Of a stretch of DNA of 64,000 bases, positions 56,054-64,000 are shown in pieces; position 1 is the first letter of the stretch; every line of letters starts with the position of its first letter. Both the position numbers and the translations under genes were made by a program. The notes under the pieces are model-generated. The model saw only the letters and a program-made list of their open reading frames with translations. It was not told the DNA's origin and did no database searches. Source of the stretch: Saccharofermentans sp. (lineage in GTDB: Bacteria; Bacillota; Clostridia; Saccharofermentanales; Saccharofermentanaceae); the NCBI GenBank assembly GCA_045648465.1, contig JAZROA010000010.1:7317-71316 (forward strand), given 5' to 3'.

Positions 56054-57082
56054 TTACCCTTCGTTCATGTAGACCTCTTCCCTGAGATGGAAGCCGCTGT
56101 CGATGATGACCGTGTCAAGGTTTTCGCGGGTGACGGCAGAAGGTTCGATGGCGATGTAAGGGATGTCCTTGGAGCCGTCGAAGAAGGTATCGGTGTTGGC
56201 AAGTTCTTCGCCGGAAGCGAGCTTGACGGCGCATTCGGCAGCGAGGCGCGCGAGTTTTTCGACGGGCTTGTAGACGGTGATGAGCTGGGTGCCTTCAACA
56301 AGTCTCTGGCATGCTTCGAGTTCGCCGTCCTGGCCGGTGACGAAGATCTTTCCGGCGTAACCTCTCTCGGCGAGGGCGTGGATGGCTTCACCTGCAAGGG
56401 CATCGTTGCCGCACATGATGGCATCTGCTTTGGAAATCTCTTCGAAATGCTCGTTGACGAATTCGTAAGCGAGCTCGGGCTTCCAGCTGTCGCAGTTGTA
56501 CTGGAGGATTATGTTCATGTCGTGCTCGTCGCAGACGGAGTGGAAACCGCTCATTACCTGGGCAACGTTGTAGTCTGATTCAGGGCCCATGATCTCGACG
56601 ATCTTGCCGCCGTCTTCGACGTTGTCGCAGATCGCCTGGGCCATCTGTTTGCCGACCGCTTCGTTGTCGAAAGAAATATAAAGATCCGAATCGGCATTCA
56701 TTACGAGACGGTCGTAGCAGATGACCGGGATGTCCTTGCTCTTGGCTTCTTTGAGCACGTCGGTCAGCGCGACCGCATCGGCAGTGATGATGACGATGGC
56801 ATCAACGCCGATCTCGATGAAATACTTGATGTGGGATATCTGCGTGTCGACGTCGCCGCCTGCTGACTGGACATTGACTTCAGCGCCCAGTTCGTTTGCG
56901 GTGGATACGAAAATATCACGGTCTCTGGTCCATCGCTCGATTACGAATGAGTCGACGGAAAAACCGATCGTGCACACGTCGCTCTTGGTCGTGGGTGTAA
57001 ATTCCTTCTGCTCCGGAGCTCTGCATCCGGCACAGAGAAGAAGTGTAAGTGTCATTAAAACTGCGATGATTTTGCGCATCAT
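56054..57082 (-). CDS. Periplasmic-binding-protein (PBP1, sugar-binding) lipoprotein, sensor accessory
   Basis: Lipobox LLCAGC and a PBP1 fold pattern (IGFSVDSF..., VDAIVI, GNDALAGEAI). 4 nt overlap with the response regulator gene. Confidence 0.75.
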   Translation of the reverse strand: MMRKIIAVLMTLTLLLCAGCRAPEQKEFTPTTKSDVCTIGFSVDSFVIERWTRDRDIFVSTANELGAEVNVQSAGGDVDTQISHIKYFIEIGVDAIVIITADAVALTDVLKEAKSKDIPVICYDRLVMNADSDLYISFDNEAVGKQMAQAICDNVEDGGKIVEIMGPESDYNVAQVMSGFHSVCDEHDMNIILQYNCDSWKPELAYEFVNEHFEEISKADAIMCGNDALAGEAIHALAERGYAGKIFVTGQDGELEACQRLVEGTQLITVYKPVEKLARLAAECAVKLASGEELANTDTFFDGSKDIPYIAIEPSAVTRENLDTVIIDSGFHLREEVYMNEG

Positions 57083-58680
57083 CTTCTGCCCTCCTTATAC
57101 TCGGTCGGGGTAACGCCGGTATGCTTTTTGAAGATTCGGCTGAAGTAGTTCGGATCTGAATAACCGACCTCCGAACAGATCTCCTTCATGGACTTGTTCG
57201 TGCCTTCGAGGAGTTCTCTTGCCTTTGCGACCCTGACACCTGTCAGATAGTCCGTGAACGTAACTCCGGTCTGCGTCTTGAAGACCTTGCTGAAATAGAA
57301 CGGACTGATGTCGTACATGCCTGAAAGGTCATCTAATGAGATGTCTTCTTTGTAGTTCTGGTCGATGTACTTTTTGGCCTTCTCGGCAACGTCTTCGGTC
57401 TGTGCGGCATTTGCCGTGTTGATCATCTTAACGGCATGCTCGATGTGGCTTACGAACCAGAGCCTGAGCTCGTCGTAGCTCTTCATGGAATTGATCTCGG
57501 GAAGGTACTCGCTTCTGGACATGAAGTGATAGACGTGACCGCCGTTGCCGTACGCAAGTCTCTCGCCCCAGAGTACGAATTCCAATACTTTAAGACAGAT
57601 GTCGCTCATGGCGCCGCCGGAGCTTCTTTCCATCCAGTCAAAGAACAGATTTGCCTGTTCGTTTGCTCTTGCGACATCGCCCTGCGCGATTGCATCGAAA
57701 AGATCCTTCTCGGTTTTCAGAGGGTAGTCCGTATCGTATTCGCATCCTTCAGGAAGGTCGATTGATTCGGCGACAGTCTGCTTTGATTTAACGAGTACAG
57801 ACAGAGCTTCGCTGTATGAATCTGCCATGTTTTCGAGAGGCTTGACGGGTCCGATTCCGATCCTGAAATCGATGCCCAGGGCCTCTGATAATTCTTCCTG
57901 CGCCCTGTTTGCGGAATCGACGATCTTCTGGTATTCCTCAGGCGTGAGTGAACTTTTAGCACATGGGATCAGGACGGGGATCTTGTTGCCCATGACAGAG
58001 CCCGTGATGCACTTGAAGTTATCGCTTATGACGAGCAGAACCGTCTCGTAATTTTTCTGGGTTTTGACGCTCGCAGGGACCGCGCCGCGCATGTATCCGC
58101 CGGGTTCCCTGTCGCCGCCTACGATCGCGAGCATGAGACCGTACTTCTCGTCGATCTCAAGAAGTTTTTTGTATTCTTCGATGTTTTCCTTGAAATGCTC
58201 GTGCGAGAGAAGGTCCTGGATGAGGCCGTTTTCGATGATAGGCACGATGCTCTCGAGCTTCTCCTTGACCTCGAGTTCGCGGCTTCTCTGCTCGCGCACG
58301 CGGTCAACTTCGGTCATCGCTTTTTTGAGGACCGCAACGATCTGCGTCTTGTCGAAAGGCTTGTTGATGTAGTCGATAACGCCGAGATTTAATGCCTGCT
58401 TTGCATAGTCGAATTTGTCGTAAGCGGAGATGACGACGAACACGATGTTGGGGTTCGTTGTCCTGATCTCCTTCATGGCGTCGATGCCGTTGATGCCGGG
58501 CATCCTGATGTCCATGAACGCTATGTCAGGGCGCACCTCGTCGGCGAGCTCGATTACATGTCTTCCGGTCTTGGCTTCGAAAGTCTCGAACGCACCCGGA
58601 AATTCCTTATCAACTATGAACTTAAGCGATTGTCTTACAATGCCCTCGTCGTCAGCGAGCATCAGCTTATACATTTGCAT
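57079..58680 (-). CDS. YesN-type response regulator (REC plus AraC-family HTH)
   Basis: REC motif FMDIRMPGINGID. C-terminal AraC HTH SEVGYSDPNYFSRIFKKHTGVTPTEY. Confidence 0.9.
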   Translation of the reverse strand: MQMYKLMLADDEGIVRQSLKFIVDKEFPGAFETFEAKTGRHVIELADEVRPDIAFMDIRMPGINGIDAMKEIRTTNPNIVFVVISAYDKFDYAKQALNLGVIDYINKPFDKTQIVAVLKKAMTEVDRVREQRSRELEVKEKLESIVPIIENGLIQDLLSHEHFKENIEEYKKLLEIDEKYGLMLAIVGGDREPGGYMRGAVPASVKTQKNYETVLLVISDNFKCITGSVMGNKIPVLIPCAKSSLTPEEYQKIVDSANRAQEELSEALGIDFRIGIGPVKPLENMADSYSEALSVLVKSKQTVAESIDLPEGCEYDTDYPLKTEKDLFDAIAQGDVARANEQANLFFDWMERSSGGAMSDICLKVLEFVLWGERLAYGNGGHVYHFMSRSEYLPEINSMKSYDELRLWFVSHIEHAVKMINTANAAQTEDVAEKAKKYIDQNYKEDISLDDLSGMYDISPFYFSKVFKTQTGVTFTDYLTGVRVAKARELLEGTNKSMKEICSEVGYSDPNYFSRIFKKHTGVTPTEYKEGRR

Positions 58681-60145
58681 CCTCCAGTGGTATCTTAATC
58701 GTTACATGTGTTCCTTCATTCTTGCGGCTCTTCATCTCGAAAACTTCCTTGTTGTTGTAGTACAGGTCGAGCCTTGCCATTACGTTCGTTATACCGACAC
58801 CTCTTGTCTCAGAGGGGCGCTTCTCGTGGTTCATTATCTTCTCGATGATCTCCTCATCGGTGCCGATGCCGTTGTCGCTGACACGGATGCAGCACATCTT
58901 GTCTTCGCGGTAAACGGAGAGCGTAACTTTTCCTTCGCCGGGCTCCAAGTCCTTGATGCCGTACTTGAGCGAATTCTCGACAAGAGGCTGGATGATCATG
59001 GAGGGGACCATGACATTAAGAAGGCCTTCATCGATGTCCTTTTCGAAAAGGATCTCTCCTGCAAATCTGACGTTCAGGATATACATGTATGAATCGACGA
59101 GTTCGATCTCTTCTGAAAGCTTAACGGTCTCAGAACTCTTCTTAACGTTGTATCTGAAGAAGTCGGCCATGTTCCTGATGTACTCGACCGTCCTGTCGGC
59201 GCCTTCCATCATGGCGAGCTGCGCGCCCGCATTGAGCGTGTTGAAAAGGAAGTGCGGGTTGATCTGCGACTGCAGATACTTAAGCTGCGCGTCCTTGAGG
59301 TGCGTCTCCATGAGGAGGTTCTTCTCCTTCATCTCACTCTGCGTTATGAGCTGAGTCCTGATACGCGCGATGTAATCCTTGATGGATGCGAGCATCTCGT
59401 TGAACGCCCTTGTCACCTTACCGACTTCGTCATCGGAAATTACTTCGAGAGGTTCAACGTTCTCAGGGCTGCCCTGCGAGATCTCATCGGCCTTAGCGGA
59501 AAGTCTTGTAAGAGGTCTCGTGATGGTGTTCGTCAGGATGATTATGAGCAATACGTTCATGACTGATGCAACCGCGAAGATCAGCATGCTCATGATCTCC
59601 GTATATCTCAATGAACTTACGAGCGCATTGTAGTTATTCGAGTTCGTCCTGAACTGTTCGTTATTGACCGAGTAGATATACGTATTTAGGTAATCCCTGA
59701 TCTTGGTGCATTCATTGTACTTGGCGGTGTACTCGTCGATGTTCCTGCCTCGCTTTGCCTGGACCGCTTCATCGGCAGTCGCAAGATATGTCTCGAGCAT
59801 GTTTCTGATGTCACGCTCGGAAAGCTTTACGCTGTTGTTCGTGACGGTGTCGTTGAGATCATTCATCAGCACTTCCATTCTCTGGGAAGATGCGTAGTAA
59901 AGCTCAAGATCGTCAGTGCCTTTAGTCTCAAGATATCCCGTGAGACCGGAATGGATCTGGTTTAAGTTGTCCGACAATTCATTAAGGCTGATGTTGCTCG
60001 AGAATACCTGGTTGATCTTATCGAGCGCCTGGTTGAGGTTAAAGTAAATGAAGATGTTGACACCCATCGCAATGACGGACGTTATGAGGAATACCGCAAC
60101 AAGCTTACGGGAGATCTTCATGTTGGAAAAGAAACTAGCCCTCAT
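58667..60145 (-). CDS. YesM/LytS-type sensor histidine kinase (HAMP plus His_kinase PF06580-like plus HATPase)
   Basis: LQSQINPHFLFNTLN H-region and a HAMP-like segment (TRPLTRLSAKADEISQG). GGGAGG RBS before the ATG at 60145. Confidence 0.85.
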   Translation of the reverse strand: MRASFFSNMKISRKLVAVFLITSVIAMGVNIFIYFNLNQALDKINQVFSSNISLNELSDNLNQIHSGLTGYLETKGTDDLELYYASSQRMEVLMNDLNDTVTNNSVKLSERDIRNMLETYLATADEAVQAKRGRNIDEYTAKYNECTKIRDYLNTYIYSVNNEQFRTNSNNYNALVSSLRYTEIMSMLIFAVASVMNVLLIIILTNTITRPLTRLSAKADEISQGSPENVEPLEVISDDEVGKVTRAFNEMLASIKDYIARIRTQLITQSEMKEKNLLMETHLKDAQLKYLQSQINPHFLFNTLNAGAQLAMMEGADRTVEYIRNMADFFRYNVKKSSETVKLSEEIELVDSYMYILNVRFAGEILFEKDIDEGLLNVMVPSMIIQPLVENSLKYGIKDLEPGEGKVTLSVYREDKMCCIRVSDNGIGTDEEIIEKIMNHEKRPSETRGVGITNVMARLDLYYNNKEVFEMKSRKNEGTHVTIKIPLEDANV

Positions 60146-61160
60146 CCTTATCATCCTCCCGTGTATATTCGGAAACATTCTGGCGGTTGATCAGGATGTA
60201 GTTTGCAGGGTTGTACTCACTTACGAATCCCGTGTTGTTATATTCGTTGAGCGCGTTGACGCACTGCTTGGCAACGGTCTTTGTCTCGATCGCAAATGTC
60301 GCATAAACGGATCCCCTGTCGATCGCTTTTAAGATCGTGTCGGAATCGTAATAACCAAGGATTGTCGTCTTGCCTACGAGGTTCTTCTCGACGATACACT
60401 GGATGGCACTCTCGGTGGTGCGGTCGTTTAGACAGATGATGACGTCCGGAATGGTCGAGAGGCCGTCAAGGATATTCATGACGCTCTCTTCTGATGTGAA
60501 CGGAGTTGAAGTATCTACCACCGCTGATGTGAGCTTAATGAGTCTTCCCGTAACCGACTGCTGGATCGCAGCGTGGATGATGTCGTCAGAATTGCCGTCA
60601 TCTCCGTCTAAAAGGATCAGCGCGTTCAGAGGATATTTCTTATTCATCTCTCCGATCGTCGCAAGCTCTTCACCGTATTCGGAACCGAGACTGAAGTTAT
60701 TGAGACCTACGAAACTCTTTCTTGAAGATGTCTGGCAGTCGGACAAAACGGTGACTACCGGAATGCCGTTTGCAGTCGCCTTGTCGATGAGTTCCGCCGT
60801 CTCTTTTGAATCGTCGCCTTCCAAAATGATGCCGTCAACTTTTGAGCTTATGGCAATGTTCATTCTGTCTGCTTTGGAATAACTCGTGGAGAGATTCTGT
60901 CCGGTCATCTCGACGTAGCAGTCGTTCTCGACAGCATACTCCGCAATCTCTTTATAGATCCTGTTCGACAGCTGGCTGTCGGGATCTTCTGCGATGTATG
61001 CATATAATCTCGGATACTCGGTAAACTCTTCTTCCCTGACTTCACCAAGCTTTTGGATCATCTCTCTGTAGTAGAACAGGCCGGTCACAGTCGCTATGAA
61101 AAGGACGAGCACAATACCCGCCAAAACAGTGACCGCTACCTTGTTCCTTGAGACCTTCAT
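60135..61160 (-). CDS. Membrane-anchored sugar-binding-protein-like sensor component (PBP1 domain)
   Basis: N-terminal TM helix followed by a PBP1-like domain (VDGIILEGDD, IPVVTVLSD, ICLNDRTTESA). Confidence 0.7.
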   Translation of the reverse strand: MKVSRNKVAVTVLAGIVLVLFIATVTGLFYYREMIQKLGEVREEEFTEYPRLYAYIAEDPDSQLSNRIYKEIAEYAVENDCYVEMTGQNLSTSYSKADRMNIAISSKVDGIILEGDDSKETAELIDKATANGIPVVTVLSDCQTSSRKSFVGLNNFSLGSEYGEELATIGEMNKKYPLNALILLDGDDGNSDDIIHAAIQQSVTGRLIKLTSAVVDTSTPFTSEESVMNILDGLSTIPDVIICLNDRTTESAIQCIVEKNLVGKTTILGYYDSDTILKAIDRGSVYATFAIETKTVAKQCVNALNEYNNTGFVSEYNPANYILINRQNVSEYTREDDKDEG

Positions 61161-61228
61161 AGCGCTAATTATACTCTATTATGAATCTTATTGCTTTGGA
61201 GGGTTTTTAAGGAGACGCAAAGAACATT

Positions 61229-61256
61229 GGGGTCAGTTGCCCGGCCCCAAAATTCT
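61229..61256 (-). terminator. Probable terminator after the DUF2130 gene
   Basis: TTGGGG-N12-CCCCAA followed by a T-rich tract on the minus strand. Confidence 0.45.
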
Positions 61257-61288
61257 TTAAATATCCCAGGAGTTAAAACAACGCTTTG

Positions 61289-62563
61289 TTACTCTTCAGG
61301 CAGCAGGTTCTCGCCCTTGTCCAGGTCGTCGAACATCTGTCTGACGGAAGGTGCATTCTTGGTAAGCTTCTTGATGCTCAGGTCTTCAGCCTTGTTGTTT
61401 GCAAGACGCAAATTATTCTCGGAAGACATGAGCGCTTTCTTGACCTTCTCAAGATGATCGATAGTCTTGTCGATCTCTTCGATCGCAGTCTGGAACTTCT
61501 CTGATGCGATCCTGTAATTCTTGCCGAAAGCATCCTTAAAGTCCTGCATGTTGCTCTCGAAATTAACGAGGTCAAGCTGCTGGTTCCTTACAACCTGAAG
61601 TTCTCTCTGGTACTGCAGTGAATTGAGCGCAGCATTCCTTAAAAGAGTGATCATCGGAATGAAGAACTGCGGTCTGATGACATACATTTTCGGATACTTG
61701 TAAGAGACATCAACGATGCCGTTGTTATAGTAATCGTTATCACTCTCAAGAAGTGAGACCAGGACTGCATATTCGCAGTGCTTCTCATTTCTGTCCTTGT
61801 CGAGTTCCTTGAAGAAATCTTCGTTCTTGTGTTTGCTTGCAGTGGTGTCCATCTCGTTCTTCATCTCGAACATGATGGAGATGAACTCAACGCCTTCAGG
61901 ATCTGCTTCCCTGAAGATAAAGTCGCCCTTACTTCCGGATTCGCTGACCTGGTTGTCCTTCTCGAAATATGCATTCGGGAAAGCCGTCATACGGATACTG
62001 TTGAACTGGTTCTGACAGTGCTGCTCAAGGCTCTCGCCGACCATCTTGGTAGACTGGCGGGCCTTCATATCCTTGTAGTAATCGATCTGGTCATCCTTCA
62101 GCTTAAGCTGGTTCTTATAATTCTCTTCGAGATTCTTCTCCTTAAGGGCACTCTCGGTCTTCTGGTTGTCGATCTGGCTCTTAAGTTTAATGATCTCAGC
62201 CTCTTTCTCTGCAAGGATCTTGTCCTTGCTGCTAACTGCTTCAGTGATGGCGAGCTTTTGCTGGGAATCATTCATCTCAAGCTTGTTCTTGAGCTGCTGG
62301 ATCTCCATGTCCTTCTCTGCAAGAACCTTATCCTTGTTGGTCAGGGCAGCATTATAATTCTTCTCCTGCTCCATCCGGGCCATCTTGATGTCGTTCTTAT
62401 TCTTCTCTTCCAACTCCCTGGCACGCTTATGGAGTTCATCTTCAAATGCTTCATTCCTTACCTGGCTTAACAGCTCGGCATAACCTGATTCGTCTACCTG
62501 GAAAACTTCGCCACACTTGGGGCACTTGATCTCATGCATACTGATACGATCCTCCTGATTCAA
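61289..62563 (-). CDS. DUF2130 family protein (zinc ribbon plus long coiled coil plus C-terminal domain)
   Basis: HEIKCPKCGEVFQVDESGYA N-terminus as recalled for DUF2130. The start could be the Met at 62539. Confidence 0.65.
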   Translation of the reverse strand: MNQEDRISMHEIKCPKCGEVFQVDESGYAELLSQVRNEAFEDELHKRARELEEKNKNDIKMARMEQEKNYNAALTNKDKVLAEKDMEIQQLKNKLEMNDSQQKLAITEAVSSKDKILAEKEAEIIKLKSQIDNQKTESALKEKNLEENYKNQLKLKDDQIDYYKDMKARQSTKMVGESLEQHCQNQFNSIRMTAFPNAYFEKDNQVSESGSKGDFIFREADPEGVEFISIMFEMKNEMDTTASKHKNEDFFKELDKDRNEKHCEYAVLVSLLESDNDYYNNGIVDVSYKYPKMYVIRPQFFIPMITLLRNAALNSLQYQRELQVVRNQQLDLVNFESNMQDFKDAFGKNYRIASEKFQTAIEEIDKTIDHLEKVKKALMSSENNLRLANNKAEDLSIKKLTKNAPSVRQMFDDLDKGENLLPEE

Positions 62564-62687
62564 ATCTTTATGGCCTAATTATAATCCATCCTGAAACCCG
62601 ATATACGGCCAATAATCGGACCCATCTTCCGGCCCGCTGCGACCATGATTTGTGGTTTACTTTTGCCTTGTTTTCGATGGCGCGGAA

Positions 62688-62800
62688 GTTCAGTCAATAG
62701 TTCAGTCTACAGACGGAACAAAAGACTGAACTTTATATTATTTTCGCGATTGTTCAGTCAAAAGTTCAGTCTATAGACGGAACAAAAGACTGAACTTTTT
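62688..62800 (+). repeat. Two tandem ~47 nt word-hairpin units (64 nt period)
   Basis: GTTCAGTCAATAGTTCAGTCTACAGACGGAACAAAAGACTGAACTTT and GTTCAGTCAAAAGTTCAGTCTATAGACGGAACAAAAGACTGAACTTTTT. Confidence 0.85.
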
Positions 62801-62873
62801 GAGATTGAGCCCTTTAACTGAAATTGAACACTTTAACTAAGGCTGAACTCTTTAACCTGAACATATCAGGCTC

Positions 62874-63545
62874 TTACTTATGTCTTCTCTTATAATCCTC
62901 ACGGACCTCGTCGAGCATCTCTTCTGAGCAGAAGGCTTCGTTCATGGCCTTCGCGCTCTTGGCACCTCTTGCGCAAGAGACCATCTTGTTCATCACCTGG
63001 AAGTTAAGTGCTGTGCCCGCGCTGTCGCATTCGTATCTGACAGCATGCTGTCTGTCTACGCCGAACCTGTCTGCAACGCTTACCGCATCGATGTTCGCGC
63101 CGAGGAAGATGAATTCCCAGTGGTACTTTTCCTTCTGCTTTTCGATCATCTTCTTGACCCTGTCATAAGAATACTGTCTGCTGGAATTCTCCATGCCGTC
63201 TGTCGTGATGATGAAGAGTGTCTTTTCCGGAACGTCTTCTTCCCTTGCATACTTATGGACATTTCCGATGTGATGGATCGCGCCGCCTACTGCATCAAGA
63301 AGCGCTGTAGAGCCTCTTACATAGTATTCCTTTTCCGTGATGAGATTGATCTTATCGAGAGGGACTCTGTCGTGAAGGACATCTGTCTGCCCGTCGAAAA
63401 GCACTGTTGAGATCAATGCCTCGCCCTCTTCTTTTTTCTGCTTTTCGATCATGGAGTTGTAGCCTCCGATCGTGTCAGATTCAAGTCCGCTCATTGAGCC
63501 GCTTCTGTCCAGGATGAATACGATTTCTGTTAAACCCTTTTTCAT
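62874..63545 (-). CDS. Small cytoplasmic vWA-domain protein
   Basis: MIDAS motif ILDRSGSMSG, then TTDGMEN. 223 aa with no signal peptide. Confidence 0.75.
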   Translation of the reverse strand: MKKGLTEIVFILDRSGSMSGLESDTIGGYNSMIEKQKKEEGEALISTVLFDGQTDVLHDRVPLDKINLITEKEYYVRGSTALLDAVGGAIHHIGNVHKYAREEDVPEKTLFIITTDGMENSSRQYSYDRVKKMIEKQKEKYHWEFIFLGANIDAVSVADRFGVDRQHAVRYECDSAGTALNFQVMNKMVSCARGAKSAKAMNEAFCSEEMLDEVREDYKRRHK

Positions 63546-63651
63546 TTTACTTTCCTCACTTTCTATCGCTATTCCTTTGCGAATGTTTGATTGTGAGTTC
63601 AGTATAGAAACTTTTGAGGGGTCATGGGTCGCCCGGCAGGCGACATTTTAT

Positions 63652-64000
63652 TTACGCGCCAAGCTGCGGCTGGTCGTGGTCGAAAAGCGCTCCGTTAATG
63701 AGCATCAGGTCATATATGCCGTGGTCTATCGAATACTCGATTATGAGATCGAATATGCTCGACGGCGAAAAGGCGTAGCCCGCACGTCTTAAGAAATCCC
63801 TGGTCTCGTCGAGATTAAGGCGCAACGCCAGTGCGAACGCAACCGCGGTATTCTTTTTGGGCTGATAATTCTTGTTGCTTCTTATCTTCGAGAAAAGCTT
63901 CCTGTCGACATTTGCACGCTTGTAGACTTCAGTGTCAGAATAACCTTTCTCAGTGATCATTCTTAAGAGGCTCTCCTGCCATGTCTCGCCGATATTCTTA
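63652..64000 (-). CDS. XRE-type HTH protein, C-terminal part (the 5' end is outside the window)
   Basis: The frame stays open to the window edge ([39 protein letters not shown]). Confidence 0.6.
   Translation of the reverse strand, partial: KNIGETWQESLLRMITEKGYSDTEVYKRANVDRKLFSKIRSNKNYQPKKNTAVAFALALRLNLDETRDFLRRAGYAFSPSSIFDLIIEYSIDHGIYDLMLINGALFDHDQPQLGA

Noticed and set aside
1-64000. tRNA, rRNA, prophage, integron or complete IS element
   Set aside because: I saw no cloverleaf-like GTTCGAATC-type T-arm sequences in the intergenic regions. There are no rRNA-like stretches, no phage structural genes, no integrase or transposase with intact catalytic domains, and no attC-like consensus (RYYYAAC/GTTRRRY).

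Overview
This 64 kb window looks like a chromosomal segment from a low-to-medium GC Firmicute, probably Clostridia or Lachnospiraceae-like. That guess rests only on gene content and AGGAGG-type ribosome binding sites (RBS) and was not checked by any search. I saw no rRNA, tRNA, CRISPR array, intact IS element, integrase or prophage. The left ~32 kb is a patchwork of mostly single-gene accessory units. It holds Rpn-type transposase fragments, an orphan double-glycine-leader peptide gene, a decayed HpaII-like restriction-modification (R-M) pair next to GIY-YIG and HNH genes, and TetR/hydrolase pairs. It also holds a LytTR two-component system flanked by an M13 peptidase/FtsX-ABC operon and an M48 peptidase, and a ~6.3 kb segment bounded by direct repeats at the 5' end of a low-molecular-weight phosphotyrosine phosphatase (LMW-PTP) gene. 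The right half is operonic. It contains a MoxR-DUF58-VWA-VWA-TPR (Bat-like) operon, an alanine/glycine symporter, a PAS-adenylate cyclase next to a tandem cNMP-binding protein, and a CUT2-type sugar ABC transporter with an upstream YesM/YesN-type sensor module carrying two sugar-binding-protein-like components. It ends with a DUF2130 / vWA / XRE cluster. The strongest non-obvious signal is a phased CACCAC direct-repeat box (two 10-mers, 21 bp period, fixed distance to a -10 hexamer). It occurs at four promoters around the LytTR system and defines a compact local regulon of two extracytoplasmic Zn-peptidases plus an FtsX-type ABC pump. Other signals are a ~150 nt multi-stem palindromic element present twice in inverted orientation ~44 kb apart, three copies of the LMW-PTP gene start that mark tandem insertions, and recurrent word-repeat hairpin units in several intergenic regions. 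All family assignments come from motifs read in the translations and from memory of the families. No database search was run.
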